The notes: generated from the sequence alone by a model not told the origin. A stretch of DNA of 64,000 nucleotides from Deltaproteobacteria bacterium (GCA_034670305.1 JAXMNT010000003.1:160001-224000); one strand, 5' to 3'. Numbered from the stretch's first letter, positions 22,118-32,639 are shown. Numbers and translations are program-made.

Positions 22118-22515
22118 CCGACCCGATCGACTTCTCAGCACTGGACCCAGCCCTCGACGAAGAGCGCTGGGAGGCGCGCATCGCCGAGACTGCGGAGCAG
22201 GCGGAGTTCGTGCAAGCGCTGGACCTCTCCGCGCTCGACCCCTTCGCAGGGGAGGCGGGCGCGGCGAAGAAGCGCGAGGCCGTCCGGCGGATTGTCGAAG
22301 CCTCCTCGACGCCCCCCATGCTTCGCATCGCACCGCGTGCGCTCTCGGTGGCGGCGCTGCTGGCCGCGGCCGCCTGGATGCTGGTGTGGTCCTCGCCCCC
22401 ACAGCTCCCCACGAACATGGACCCAGCGCTCGCGCTGATGGGCTGGGCGGACAGCGGCGCGCCGCTGACGATCGACCAGATGGGTGCACTCACCGGGAGC
22501 GCAAACGATGAGTGA
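22114..22515 (+). CDS. putative anti-sigma membrane protein
   Basis: GTGA overlap with the sigma stop; single TM helix; position directly after an ECF sigma gene. Confidence 0.65.
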   Translation: MTDPIDFSALDPALDEERWEARIAETAEQAEFVQALDLSALDPFAGEAGAAKKREAVRRIVEASSTPPMLRIAPRALSVAALLAAAAWMLVWSSPPQLPTNMDPALALMGWADSGAPLTIDQMGALTGSANDE

Positions 22516-23095
22516 AGGGCGGCGACGAACCCTTCAGGCCGTGCTCGTGCTCGTGGGCACGTTCTTGCTCGGCGCGGTGGCCGGTGCAGGCATCTGGGAC
22601 TGGAGCCACCGAACCCCTGCTGGGCCTCCGCGTGGTGGACCCATTCCGGTCCACGAGCTGGACCTCACTCCGGCTCAAGACGAACAGGTGCGCGCGATCC
22701 TCGACCGACACCGCCCTGCGGTGGAGGCTCTGCTCGACACACAGCGGCCGCGCATCGAAGCGATCAACGCGCAGGTGATCGCGGAGGTGCGGGAGGTCCT
22801 GACCGAAACGCAGCGGGCCCGGCTGGACGAGATCCGGTCCCGACCCAGGCGCCCGCCGGGACACGGCGGGCCGCCGCACGAGCCACCCGGTGATCGGCCG
22901 CACGATCGGCCTGCGCATGATCAACCCCCGCACGATCGGCCTGCGCATGATCAACCCCCGCACGATCGGCCTGCGCATGATCGACCGCCGCACGATCGGC
23001 CTGCGCATGGTCAACCCCCGCACGATCGACCCACGCACGATCGACCCACGCACGATCGACCCCCGCACGATCGACCCCCGCATCCGCCCGAGTGA
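22508..23095 (+). CDS. Spy/CpxP-like (periplasmic heavy-metal-sensor-like) protein with His-rich repeat tail
   Basis: N-terminal TM; ELDLTPAQ and VLTETQ LTxxQ motifs; HxxPx repeat tail. Confidence 0.75.
   Translation: MSEGRRRTLQAVLVLVGTFLLGAVAGAGIWDWSHRTPAGPPRGGPIPVHELDLTPAQDEQVRAILDRHRPAVEALLDTQRPRIEAINAQVIAEVREVLTETQRARLDEIRSRPRRPPGHGGPPHEPPGDRPHDRPAHDQPPHDRPAHDQPPHDRPAHDRPPHDRPAHGQPPHDRPTHDRPTHDRPPHDRPPHPPE
22901..23083 (+). repeat. 15-nt tandem repeat, 12 units, encoding H-D/G-R/Q-P-P/A/T
   Basis: cacgatcggcctgcg / catgatcaacccccg / cacgatcgacccacg units. Confidence 0.9.
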
Positions 23096-23272
23096 GTACG
23101 GGCTGAGCGCATGGGCGGTACGAGCTCGACTGGTCAGCGGCCTCGAACACCGCGGTCATCCACAACCGCGTCGTGCATGGCCTCGATTCACTCCGCCAAT
23201 CGTCCGCCAATCGTGCACAGATGGCTAACGGGATGGTCGCGGCCGCTGTCAGGGAGGAGAAAGGAACCCGCC

Positions 23273-23548
23273 ATGAAATCCACCCTCCTCGTCCCCATCC
23301 TGCTTTCGTTCGCCGCGCTCCTCGTCGGTGTCGCCTCGGCCCAGCCCCCCGGAGGCGGGGGAGGCCGAGGCGGACGACAAGGCCCGCCCCCCGAAGCCTT
23401 CGCGGCCTGCGACGCTCAGGAAGACGGAACCTTGTGCGAGTTCACGTCTCGCCAAGGCACGATCGAAGGCACCTGCCGGATGCCGCGCGGAGACCGCCTC
23501 GTGTGCGTGCCCAACGATCACCCGCCTCCCCGCGACGACGAACGCTGA
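23273..23548 (+). CDS. small secreted four-Cys protein (GPPPEAxxAC type)
   Basis: GGAGG/AAGGA RBS, signal peptide ending ASA-Q, GPPPEAFAAC...CEF...GTC...LVCVP. Confidence 0.78.
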   Translation: MKSTLLVPILLSFAALLVGVASAQPPGGGGGRGGRQGPPPEAFAACDAQEDGTLCEFTSRQGTIEGTCRMPRGDRLVCVPNDHPPPRDDER

Positions 23549-23669
23549 CAGCGGCGTTCGACCTGCGACGGTTGCCGTCGGGTCTGAGGATGCAGACGAC
23601 GTGACCGCTCGGTCCCGTCGATGGGCGAGCAATCCGTGTGCAGAGAATCGAGTGCGGATCACCAGTCCG

Positions 23670-26195
23670 TCAGGCAAAGAGGAGGGCGCACGTTGGACAC
23701 AGCCCGAAGGTTGTCTTCTCGGGAGGGCGATCGATGTACTTCGGGACGTAGCACCACTGGTTCTCGTCGATGCGCAACACATGACGGCAACTGGCACACT
23801 GGCGCACGTAGCCGTCCTTACGAAACTGCGCTGAGTTGGGAGAGACCGACGGCGGATGCGGACCCACCCAGAAGAGGGTGTGCACCGCAACGAGGGCACG
23901 CCCGAACGGCAGAGGCACGAGACGCATCCTGAACCGCTGCTGTTGCCGAGGGGTGGGGCATCGATACTCGTGCGACCACGCCTGACGGCTTTCGAGCGTC
24001 TTGTGGTGCGCGTCCTGGTAGAACTGACGGAGGGGGGGGGAGATCGCGTCGAACACGCTCCGTCCAATCCCCCACGTGTCTCCGAACTGCGTCCCGCCGC
24101 CGTTCTGCGTGGCGAACCGCGCGTACCGCGGGTTGGTGTAGGCAATCTTCCCATCCGCCCAGAGTCCAATCGTCACGTCGCCGCTGCGTTCGAACGCATC
24201 GAGGGACTCGGGCGTCAGCAGTTCTCGAAACTTCTGGTCGGCGCGGGCCATGCTTGTTGCACCCAGCCGTTCGCGAATGGCGGAGACGAGATCCTCACCC
24301 GAGAAGGGTTTGTGCAGCACGCCCTCGCCCGAGACCCCGAGCGGGCCGAGCGCCTGACGCGGATGGCCGGACATGTAGATGACCGGCAGCGAGGGCTGCA
24401 GGCGGCGGAGTGCCGCAACGAGCTCGGGACCGCTCAGCTTCGGCATCACCACGTCCGCGAGCACCAGGTCGATCGGCACTGCACCCGCTTGAAAGAGTTG
24501 GAGCGCCGCTTCCGGGTCGCCTTCAAGCAAGACTTCGTAGCCTTCCCGCTCGAGCGCACGCTGGGCGATCGAACGAACTTGCTCGTCGGCCTCGACCACG
24601 AGGATCGTTTCCCCCGCCGTCGACTTGGCCTGCCGCACCTCCGGCCGCGAGGTCACTTCGTGGCGGGGAAGGTGGATCCGAAACGTCGAACCTGCTCCTG
24701 GCATGGACTCGACCTCGATGGTCCCCTTGGACTGCTGGACACTCCCGTAACACATCGCCAGGCCGAGCCCCGTACCTTGGCCATGGCCCCACTCCTTGGT
24801 GGTGAAGAACGGCTCGAACACTTTGGCAGCGGTGGCCGAGTCCATCCCCACGCCATCGTCCGAGACCGAGAGCTCCACGTAGTCCCCCGGTTCGATCCAA
24901 CCGACGTCCCCCTCCGTCGCCGCTTGAATGGTGACGTTCCGCGTGCGCAACGAAAGCGTGCCGCCATGGGGCATCGCGTCTCGTGCGTTCAAGACGAGGT
25001 TCACCACGACCTGTTCGAACACGTGAGGATCGATGCGAACCTGCCACAGGTCGTCTGCCAGTTCGGTCTCGATGCGGACGTGCGCGCCCAGCCTCTCACC
25101 CATCCTGAGCAGCACAGTCCTGACCAGCTCGGTGAGGTCGGTGGAAGCTGGCCGCACCGGATGCTGCCGCGAGAACGCGAGAAGCCCCCGAGCGAGCCTG
25201 CTGGCCCGGTCGGCGGCCTGGAGCACTTCCTTCAGGTCGTTCTGCGCAGGGTCCGCGGCGGGCAGCGCGTCTCGCGCGAATCCCCCAAAGCTCAGAATCG
25301 CCGTCAGCAGGTTGTTCAAGTCGTGTGCGACGCCGCCCGCGAGTTGCCCAACGACCTCCATCTGTTGAGCCGCGTGCTGACCCGCCGCCAACGTGGCCTC
25401 CCGGGTAAAGTCTTCGAACGCTGCGATCGCGTACTCGACCTCACCAGTCGGGCCGAGGATCGGCGTCGCCGTGACCGCGATTCGAATCCGTCCGTCCGGA
25501 CGGGCGACTTCCATGTCGCTGATCGTGCTCGTCTCCCCGGCCAGGGCACGGACGATTGGGAGCTTCTCGATCGGATAGAGTTCGTCGGTCCCGACCACAT
25601 AGGCTGGGTAGAGATGGGCCAACGCCGCGATCTCCAGACCAGGTTGGATCGGACCCAGCAACTCCACCGCCGTTTGGTTGGCGAAGTACCCGACGCCGAA
25701 CCGGTCGAGTACGTAAATCCCCACCGGTACGGCATTGAGAAACATGAAGAGCTCCGCCTCGAGCCCCTCGAGTTGTTTCGCTTGGCGACCGAGGGTCGAA
25801 TGCAGCGCGCGCTTCTCGAGCACATGGGTGACCGCGCGACGAAGGGTGTTCGGCGTGAGCCTGTCTTTCGCCAGGTAGTCGGACGCGCCGGCTTTGAGGG
25901 CGGCCACCGCCATCTCCTCATCGCCATGGCCGGTGAGCAGGATCACCGGCAGGTCCAGTTCGAGAAATCCACCGATCGCGTCGATGCCATCCTGACCCGG
26001 CATGTGGTGGTCCAGCAGTACGCACGCGGGGAGGATGCGACGGGCGATACGCAGCCCTTCCTTCGCGCTCGTCGCAAGTACGACCCGGTGGTCTGGCGCC
26101 AGCAAACGCTCCACTAAGGAACCGTCGTACTCATCGTCGTCCACGCAGAGCAGGAGGGGCGCTTCGACCGGCTTCGTGGCGGGCGGATCAGCCAC
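23670..26195 (-). CDS. hybrid sensor histidine kinase (REC-PAS-HisKA-HATPase-REC, PAS-like and CxxC...CxxC tail)
   Basis: GGVAHDLNNLL, NLVLNARDAM, FEPFFTTK, GTGLGL; tail CASCRH...FGLCPTC. Confidence 0.92.
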   Translation of the reverse strand: MADPPATKPVEAPLLLCVDDDEYDGSLVERLLAPDHRVVLATSAKEGLRIARRILPACVLLDHHMPGQDGIDAIGGFLELDLPVILLTGHGDEEMAVAALKAGASDYLAKDRLTPNTLRRAVTHVLEKRALHSTLGRQAKQLEGLEAELFMFLNAVPVGIYVLDRFGVGYFANQTAVELLGPIQPGLEIAALAHLYPAYVVGTDELYPIEKLPIVRALAGETSTISDMEVARPDGRIRIAVTATPILGPTGEVEYAIAAFEDFTREATLAAGQHAAQQMEVVGQLAGGVAHDLNNLLTAILSFGGFARDALPAADPAQNDLKEVLQAADRASRLARGLLAFSRQHPVRPASTDLTELVRTVLLRMGERLGAHVRIETELADDLWQVRIDPHVFEQVVVNLVLNARDAMPHGGTLSLRTRNVTIQAATEGDVGWIEPGDYVELSVSDDGVGMDSATAAKVFEPFFTTKEWGHGQGTGLGLAMCYGSVQQSKGTIEVESMPGAGSTFRIHLPRHEVTSRPEVRQAKSTAGETILVVEADEQVRSIAQRALEREGYEVLLEGDPEAALQLFQAGAVPIDLVLADVVMPKLSGPELVAALRRLQPSLPVIYMSGHPRQALGPLGVSGEGVLHKPFSGEDLVSAIRERLGATSMARADQKFRELLTPESLDAFERSGDVTIGLWADGKIAYTNPRYARFATQNGGGTQFGDTWGIGRSVFDAISPPLRQFYQDAHHKTLESRQAWSHEYRCPTPRQQQRFRMRLVPLPFGRALVAVHTLFWVGPHPPSVSPNSAQFRKDGYVRQCASCRHVLRIDENQWCYVPKYIDRPPEKTTFGLCPTCALLFA

Positions 26196-26400
26196 TCAAC
26201 CGGTCCGATGTCCCGGCGCAGCCTGTGGCTCGTTCTCGCACTTCACGGCCTGGTCCTGGGCCACCATGCACCTCCTCTGTCACGCGCTGGTGCGGCAGAA
26301 ACCGTCATACCTCCACGGGTGTGCAGGCTGCAAGTTGGGGGGGTGGAACCTCCCATGGGGCAACCGGTCCAGACCTCGCTTCGCGCAACGACGCGCGTCA

Positions 26401-27921
26401 TCAGCGTTCGTGCCGCGGTAGGCAGATCCGAAACGTGGTGCCCACGCCAAGGGACGACTCCACCTCGATGAACCCGCCCGCTTGTCGCACCGTCCCATCA
26501 CAGATCGCGAGACCGAGGCCGGTGCCCACGACCGGAACCTTCGTGGTGAAGAAGGGCTCGAAGACCTGAGCCATGGTCGCCGGGTCCATGCCTGCGCCAT
26601 TGTCTGAGACCGTTAGCCACACGCAATCTCCAATTGGCAACTCCGGCTCGAGCCCCATCTCCACCACCTCGGAGATCGGCCCGTTGCACGTCGCGAGCAC
26701 GAGCGTGCCCCCACGTGGCATCGCGTCCCGCGCGTTGACCGCGAGGTTGACGATCACCTGTTCGAACGCCCCCGCGTCAATCCACACCGGCCACAGTGCG
26801 TCGCTGAGCCGGGTCTCGATGTCAATGTGGGCACCGAGGGTTCGGCGAAGCGTCGAGAGCAGTCTCGACACCAGGGCGTTCAGGTCGGTCGACTCCGGAA
26901 GCACCGGCTGCTTCTGCGAGAACGCCAAGAGCTGCCGGGTGAGCTTGGCCGCGCGACCCGCCGCACGCAGCACTTCTGTCAGGTCGTCGTGGGCCGGGTC
27001 ACCTGGACTGAGTGCATCTCGCGCAAAGTTCCCGAAGCTCACGATGGCGGTCAGGAGGTTGTTGAAGTCGTGCGCGACACCGCCCGCGAGCCGACCGATG
27101 CCCTCCATCTTCTGAGCTTGCCAGTATTCCTCCGCCAGCTGCGCCTCCCGGGTGCGGTCCTGGAATGCGGCGATCGCATACCGAACCTCACCCTCGGGAC
27201 CGAAGACTGGTTTCGCTGTCACGGCGATCAGGGTGCGACCCTCGGGACGTACGATCTCCATGTTGCCGACCGAGCTCGTCTCGCCCTCCAACGCGCGGAC
27301 GATCGGCAGAGACTCTGCCGGATAGAGATCGTCGCTGCCCGCCACATAAGCCTGGTAGACCTCGGCGAGGTTGTTCGCGTCGGCCCCCGGCACGATGCCG
27401 CGCCCCAGGATCTCGACCGCCTTCCGGTTCGCGAAGCATGGGGTGCCGGACCCGTCGAGCACGTAGATTCCGATCGGCACCGCCTCGAGGAAGGTGAAAA
27501 GCAGCGCCCGGTGTGCGTGCAACTTGGCCGCTTGCCGCTGTACCTCGGTGCGCAGTCGGGACGTCTCGAACGCGTAGGCGATCGCGCGCGTGAGCACGTC
27601 GCGGGTCAGGCGCTCCTTCATCAGGTAGTCCGACGCACCCGCCTTCAGCGCAGCCACCGCGACCTCCTCCGCCCCCGCACCGGTCAGCATGATCACCGGG
27701 ATCGAGAGCCCAAGGATCTCCGGGATGAGGTCGAGGCCGTTAGCGTCCGGCAATCGGTGGTCGACGAGCACGAGGGCAGGTTGCTCGGCCCGTGCCTGTC
27801 GAAGCCCATCGCGCCCGGTTCTGGCGTCGAGCACGTCGAAGTCGGACTCCAGGATCGCATGCACCAAATCGAGATCGACCGGGCTGTCGTCGATCACCAG
27901 AACCGTCGGGCGACCGGTCAC
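26401..27921 (-). CDS. hybrid sensor histidine kinase (REC-PAS-HisKA-HATPase)
   Basis: VLVIDD, GGVAHDFNNLL, NLAVNARDAM, FEPFFTTK; GTG start overlaps the EAL gene stop. Confidence 0.92.
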   Translation of the reverse strand: MTGRPTVLVIDDSPVDLDLVHAILESDFDVLDARTGRDGLRQARAEQPALVLVDHRLPDANGLDLIPEILGLSIPVIMLTGAGAEEVAVAALKAGASDYLMKERLTRDVLTRAIAYAFETSRLRTEVQRQAAKLHAHRALLFTFLEAVPIGIYVLDGSGTPCFANRKAVEILGRGIVPGADANNLAEVYQAYVAGSDDLYPAESLPIVRALEGETSSVGNMEIVRPEGRTLIAVTAKPVFGPEGEVRYAIAAFQDRTREAQLAEEYWQAQKMEGIGRLAGGVAHDFNNLLTAIVSFGNFARDALSPGDPAHDDLTEVLRAAGRAAKLTRQLLAFSQKQPVLPESTDLNALVSRLLSTLRRTLGAHIDIETRLSDALWPVWIDAGAFEQVIVNLAVNARDAMPRGGTLVLATCNGPISEVVEMGLEPELPIGDCVWLTVSDNGAGMDPATMAQVFEPFFTTKVPVVGTGLGLAICDGTVRQAGGFIEVESSLGVGTTFRICLPRHER

Positions 27922-30140
27922 CGCGCGTCTGTGGCCGCCGGCCAGACAGGTTCGGGAAAGGGGAGTCCCGGTCTCGCGAAGTAGTATCCCTGAAAGAGGC
28001 GACAGCCGATCTTCTCGAGCGCGAGGAGCTCCCCGGCCGTCTCTACCCCCTCCGCGATCACTTGCATCTCCAGATCGCCACACGCGTCGACCACCGATTG
28101 CACGAGGCGCTGTTTGGTCGGAGACTCGTGGATGTCGCGCACGAGGGACATGTCTAGCTTTACCACGTCCGGCTGAAGCGCGACGAATGCCGAGAGCCCG
28201 GCGTAGCCCGCGCCGAGATCATCCACGGCGATGCGGAATCCGAGCGCGCGCAGACGATCGATCCGCTCCCGCAGCTCGCCAATGCCGCTGAGGCTCGCAC
28301 GCTCAGTGATTTCCAAGACCACCTTCGACGCGATGCACCCAAGCGGGGTGGACGGGTCGAATAGGTCCTCGTCGAGCAGGTCGCTCGGATGCAGGTTGAT
28401 GAAGAGCAATGGTGTGCCCCCGTCCTTGAACGGCTCGGGCGCCACGAGCCTCATCTGGCGCCCCACGTCCTGGACACGCTGAAGCGTCTCGGCCGCGTCG
28501 AAGAGCACACCCGGATGGGGAATCGAAGGTTCCTTGGTGCGGACCAAAGCTTCGTACGCGAAGATCTCTCGCTCCGGCCAAACGACGATGGGCTGGTAGT
28601 GCGCGAAGAGCAGCTCGACCGCCCGGGTGAGCCGCTGGTCGAGCTCCTCGAGCTCGTTGTCCTCGGTCGTCGCGGCAGCGACATGCTGTGCCGCCTCCCG
28701 CCGATACTTCGCCAGGCGGGCCATGCGCACCGCGCTCACCATGGCGTTGCGCACCTCGGCTGGGTCGACCGGCTTCTGGATGTACCGGAACGCACCGAAC
28801 TCCAGCGCGGCGATCGCGGTGTCCATCGACGGCGCACCCGTGGTCACGATCACCGGAACATCGACGTCGTCTGCCTTGATCGCCTTGAGCAAGTCGAGGC
28901 CATTGAGCCCGGGCATGTTGATGTCCGTCAGGACCGCGTCGGGACGACGCTGGCGAAAGAGCTCCACCGCCTGCTTGCCATCCTTCGCGGTGATGATCTC
29001 GAAATCCATGTCGCGGAAGATCCGCCGCATGGCCCGCAAGACCACCTCCTCGTCGTCAGCGATCAGAAGACAGGGGGAGTCCGGCGCACGGGCCACGTTC
29101 TTGGACTCGAGGACCCGGGGCTGCTCGAGCAACCGGCGGTAGTGTTCTCGGTAGCGCTCCAAGTCCTCTTCCGGGCACCGGTGCGGAACCAGCTGGATCG
29201 CGAAGCCGGCTGGCGTCGCGCCGGGCGAAGTGCGTCGCCACGCGACGACCCCGCGCACGTGCACGCACACCTCGCTGTGCGGAGGGCGGAACTCGAGCCA
29301 CACCACGGCGTCCTCGTCCACCGGCTCCAGCGTCTGGACGAAGATGCCATCGCGGCTGATGTTGTAGGTCAGCCCGTACGACGGAAGCACCTCACCAGCA
29401 GGGCGAAACGAGCAGAGGGTGCTGAACAGAAGGCGCTGCGACGCACGCAGTTCGGCGGCGCCGTGAAGCAGCTCGTGCAGCATGAACACCAGGTGGTCCG
29501 CTGGCGCGTCGGCGGGCACCACCGCCGTCGTCGGGCTGCTCCGTCCGCCGAAATCATCGGCGTCCGAGCCCCCCATCACCACGATTGGCAACCCATGAAA
29601 GTCGAGTTTCCAGCGCAGGTCGTGATGCAAGCTCCCAAGGGGGTCGGCCGCACGATGCACCACCGCCGCGGCCGGCCGCAGCCCCCGATCGACCTCGTCG
29701 AGCGATGCCGCGAACACGGTGGAGAGGCCTGACCGCCGGAGCGCGCCTCCGATGCGACCTCGACGCACCTCGTCCTCGTCGACCACGAGCACCACCTGGG
29801 CCTCGCCAAGCTCCGGTCGCTCCGCACCGCGCAGAACATTCACACGGCGCAGGAGTCCCTCGACGTCGGACACCAGGATCACGTCGTCTGCACCCATCGC
29901 GAGCGCTTCTCGCAACACCCCCGTGTCGAGACGCTCGACCAACACCAGAAGCGGCACCAGATGGGCACGCGGGTCCGCGCGCCAGCTGGCAAGATCCGGG
30001 TCGCCGGTACCCGCGATGGTACAGACGGGCAGCATCGACGGCTTCCATGTCCGTGCCACCGCGTATCCGAGCGCGGCGAGCGCGTCTTCGAAACGGGAGG
30101 GTACGGCCCCCCGCACCACCACGAGCGGTCGGTCGGTCAC
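27918..30140 (-). CDS. c-di-GMP phosphodiesterase (degenerate REC-like, PilZ, REC, EAL)
   Basis: PilZ RASQR and NISRDG; REC LIADDE...TDINMP; EAL YQPIV, YEALVR, DDLGAGYAGL, IAEGVE. Confidence 0.9.
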   Translation of the reverse strand: MTDRPLVVVRGAVPSRFEDALAALGYAVARTWKPSMLPVCTIAGTGDPDLASWRADPRAHLVPLLVLVERLDTGVLREALAMGADDVILVSDVEGLLRRVNVLRGAERPELGEAQVVLVVDEDEVRRGRIGGALRRSGLSTVFAASLDEVDRGLRPAAAVVHRAADPLGSLHHDLRWKLDFHGLPIVVMGGSDADDFGGRSSPTTAVVPADAPADHLVFMLHELLHGAAELRASQRLLFSTLCSFRPAGEVLPSYGLTYNISRDGIFVQTLEPVDEDAVVWLEFRPPHSEVCVHVRGVVAWRRTSPGATPAGFAIQLVPHRCPEEDLERYREHYRRLLEQPRVLESKNVARAPDSPCLLIADDEEVVLRAMRRIFRDMDFEIITAKDGKQAVELFRQRRPDAVLTDINMPGLNGLDLLKAIKADDVDVPVIVTTGAPSMDTAIAALEFGAFRYIQKPVDPAEVRNAMVSAVRMARLAKYRREAAQHVAAATTEDNELEELDQRLTRAVELLFAHYQPIVVWPEREIFAYEALVRTKEPSIPHPGVLFDAAETLQRVQDVGRQMRLVAPEPFKDGGTPLLFINLHPSDLLDEDLFDPSTPLGCIASKVVLEITERASLSGIGELRERIDRLRALGFRIAVDDLGAGYAGLSAFVALQPDVVKLDMSLVRDIHESPTKQRLVQSVVDACGDLEMQVIAEGVETAGELLALEKIGCRLFQGYYFARPGLPFPEPVWPAATDAR

Positions 30141-30167
30141 TCGGCTGCCACGGAGCCCAAGTGAGTC

Positions 30168-31484
30168 TCAGGCACGGTGACCACCCATGTCGCCTGACAT
30201 AAGCGACACGTACTTGCGTATGGATTGTCTGATCTCGTCCGGCACGTTCATGAACTCCACGCCGATCGCGCGCGCGCTTCGACTGCTGCGCACCCAGCGC
30301 GTGGTGCCTTCGATCGTGGCGACGACGCCCGACTCCGGGAGCGGAATGCGGATCTTCACGGACTGATCCGAGTCGCATGCTGCGTCGACGACCACGAGCA
30401 CCCCACCCTCCGAGATGTCCTCACACCTTCCGTCGACGGCCCGGTCTCCGATCTGGATCCGAACCGGCGTCACGTACGGTGCGCGTTCGTGTCGCCGCGC
30501 GCCTGGGCGCTTGGCACCCGTACCCGAGCTCGCTGGCCGCTCCATCACGGTGGGCTTGAGCGCGGGCTTCGGAGAGGGATCCGAACGGGCCCCGTCGAGG
30601 ACCCGCAACCCGGGCACCGATGGGTACACCCGCACAAGCGCGGCGGCGAGCTCGAGCGGCGACTGAAAACGATCCGCAGGATCGATCGCGAGCGCTTGGG
30701 CGACGACCGCGTCGAGTTCTGTCGAGACCTCGGGTCGCAGCGTGGACACCGGCTCGGGCGCCTTGCCCGACAAGTGAGCCGTGACCACCGCGATCGCTGC
30801 GCCAGCCACCGGGACCGAACCGGTGAGGGCCTCGTACAACATCACGCCAGTCGCGTAGACATCCGCTCGACCGTCGACGTCGGCACCGGAGGTCAGCTGC
30901 TCGGGCGCCATGTACTCCGATGTTCCGAGCAGGGCACCCATTTGGGTGAGCTTTTCTTCGTCCGGATCGGCCATGCCGTCGGCCTTCGCGATACCGAAGT
31001 CGATGATCTCGACTTGTTCCCCGATTGGAGTCCTCGAGATCATGGTGTTTGCCGGTTTGACATCCCGATGCACCACCCCTTTGGAGTGCACGTACTGGAG
31101 CGCGTCACACACCTGCATTGTCAATGCAATGGCCTGAGGCACCTCGAGCACGGTCCGGGTCAGCAGGATGCTGCCTACCGAGCGACCTTCGATCATCTCC
31201 AGCGCAACAAACGGGCCGTGGGTGTCGCAGGTCCCCGCATCGTACACGGCCACGATGTGGGGATGACGCAGCGTCCCAAGCACGCTCGCTTCGCGCAGAA
31301 GCCGCACATGGGCCTCTTTTCGCCGCAAAGTCGAGGAGTTCAGCGTCTTGAGCGCCACCCTCTGTCCGGTCAGCACGTGGGTCCCCTCGTAGACCGATCC
31401 GACACCACCCTCGGCGATCAATCGCCCGACCTGATACCGCCCCCCGACGACGTCGGAATGGGCCGGAGCCCGCAAGTCTTGCAC
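30168..31484 (-). CDS. Ser/Thr protein kinase with C-terminal PilZ domain
   Basis: VALK, HRDVKPAN, DFGIA, YMAPEQ; PilZ RRHER and DISEGG. Confidence 0.9.
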   Translation of the reverse strand: MQDLRAPAHSDVVGGRYQVGRLIAEGGVGSVYEGTHVLTGQRVALKTLNSSTLRRKEAHVRLLREASVLGTLRHPHIVAVYDAGTCDTHGPFVALEMIEGRSVGSILLTRTVLEVPQAIALTMQVCDALQYVHSKGVVHRDVKPANTMISRTPIGEQVEIIDFGIAKADGMADPDEEKLTQMGALLGTSEYMAPEQLTSGADVDGRADVYATGVMLYEALTGSVPVAGAAIAVVTAHLSGKAPEPVSTLRPEVSTELDAVVAQALAIDPADRFQSPLELAAALVRVYPSVPGLRVLDGARSDPSPKPALKPTVMERPASSGTGAKRPGARRHERAPYVTPVRIQIGDRAVDGRCEDISEGGVLVVVDAACDSDQSVKIRIPLPESGVVATIEGTTRWVRSSRSARAIGVEFMNVPDEIRQSIRKYVSLMSGDMGGHRA

Positions 31485-31709
31485 TCAATCCCCCTCTGAA
31501 AACGTGGGCGCGGCTCGGGTTGCCCGGCGTCAGTGCCCACTGATGTTGAGGTTAGGTATCGACCTCGCCCGAATCGTACGTGCTCTTCTCGAAACGAGTC
31601 AATAGGATGATCTGGCGCTCTTGGTGCAATGTTTCGTCCACTGTTTGCGAACTTTCGAGTCGCTGATCACCCGTTTTGGGGGCGCCGAAGGCTGTCGTTC
31701 CGTTTTCAA

Positions 31710-32639
31710 TCAGTCCCCAATGCCGGCCGCGTGGTCCAGCGCATGCCGTTCGTCGTCGTCGAGCGTCAGACGCGCAAACGGCAAAAGCTGTTCGAGTTGA
31801 CCGACCGTGCGCGCGCTGGCGATCACCGAGTCGATGCGCGGATGTATGCAGCACCAGGCCAGCGCCACCGCGCTCATCTCGACGTCGCGGTGGCGTGCGA
31901 TTCGCTCGAGTGCCGCCAAGACCGCCGAGGTCTGAGGACGATCGGCGAAGCGCGACATGCCCTCGGCCCTTGGAGAATCGACCTTGGCGGCGTGCTGGTA
32001 CTTGCCGGTCAGAAACCCACTCGCGAGCGCCCAATAGGGAAAGACCCGCGTGCCTTCCGGCAGAGAGGGTTCGAGCGCCGCCAGCTCTTCCGTCTCCAAC
32101 AGACTGTACTGAGGTTGAACGGCCACCGGCTGCGCGAGCGTGTGTTCGGCACACAGCCGAAACGTTTCGCGGGTGGCGTCCGGCGAGAAGTTGGACAGTC
32201 CGATCGCGCGCACGCGTCCCGACTGCACCAGCGTGTCGAACGCCGCCATGGACTCGGCGAGCGGCGTCTCGGGATCTTCTTCATGCGCGTAGTAGAGATC
32301 GACCGCATCGGTCTGCAGCCGCGCCAGCGACTCGTCACATGCCCGTTCCAAGTTGGCGGGCGACAGACCGCGGCGACCCGGAAGTTTGGCGACCTTCGTG
32401 GCGAGGAAGACTTGCTCGCGGCAACCGCGCGACGTCATCCAGCGGCCGAGGATCGTCTCGGACTCGCCACCGACATGGCCCGGCGCCCACGACGAGTACA
32501 TGTCCGCCGTGTCGATGGCGTTGCCGCCGGCCTCCACATACCGGTCGAGGATCCGGAACGACGTCTCCTCGTCCGCCGTCCACCCGAACACATTGCCGCC
32601 AAGGCAGAGATGAAAGAGCTCCGCAAAAGTTAGGGTCAT
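31710..32639 (-). CDS. aldo/keto reductase
   Basis: LCLGGNVFGW, IDTADMYS, SLARLQTD.VDLYYAH, IGLSNF, ALASGFLTGKY. Confidence 0.93.
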   Translation of the reverse strand: MTLTFAELFHLCLGGNVFGWTADEETSFRILDRYVEAGGNAIDTADMYSSWAPGHVGGESETILGRWMTSRGCREQVFLATKVAKLPGRRGLSPANLERACDESLARLQTDAVDLYYAHEEDPETPLAESMAAFDTLVQSGRVRAIGLSNFSPDATRETFRLCAEHTLAQPVAVQPQYSLLETEELAALEPSLPEGTRVFPYWALASGFLTGKYQHAAKVDSPRAEGMSRFADRPQTSAVLAALERIARHRDVEMSAVALAWCCIHPRIDSVIASARTVGQLEQLLPFARLTLDDDERHALDHAAGIGD

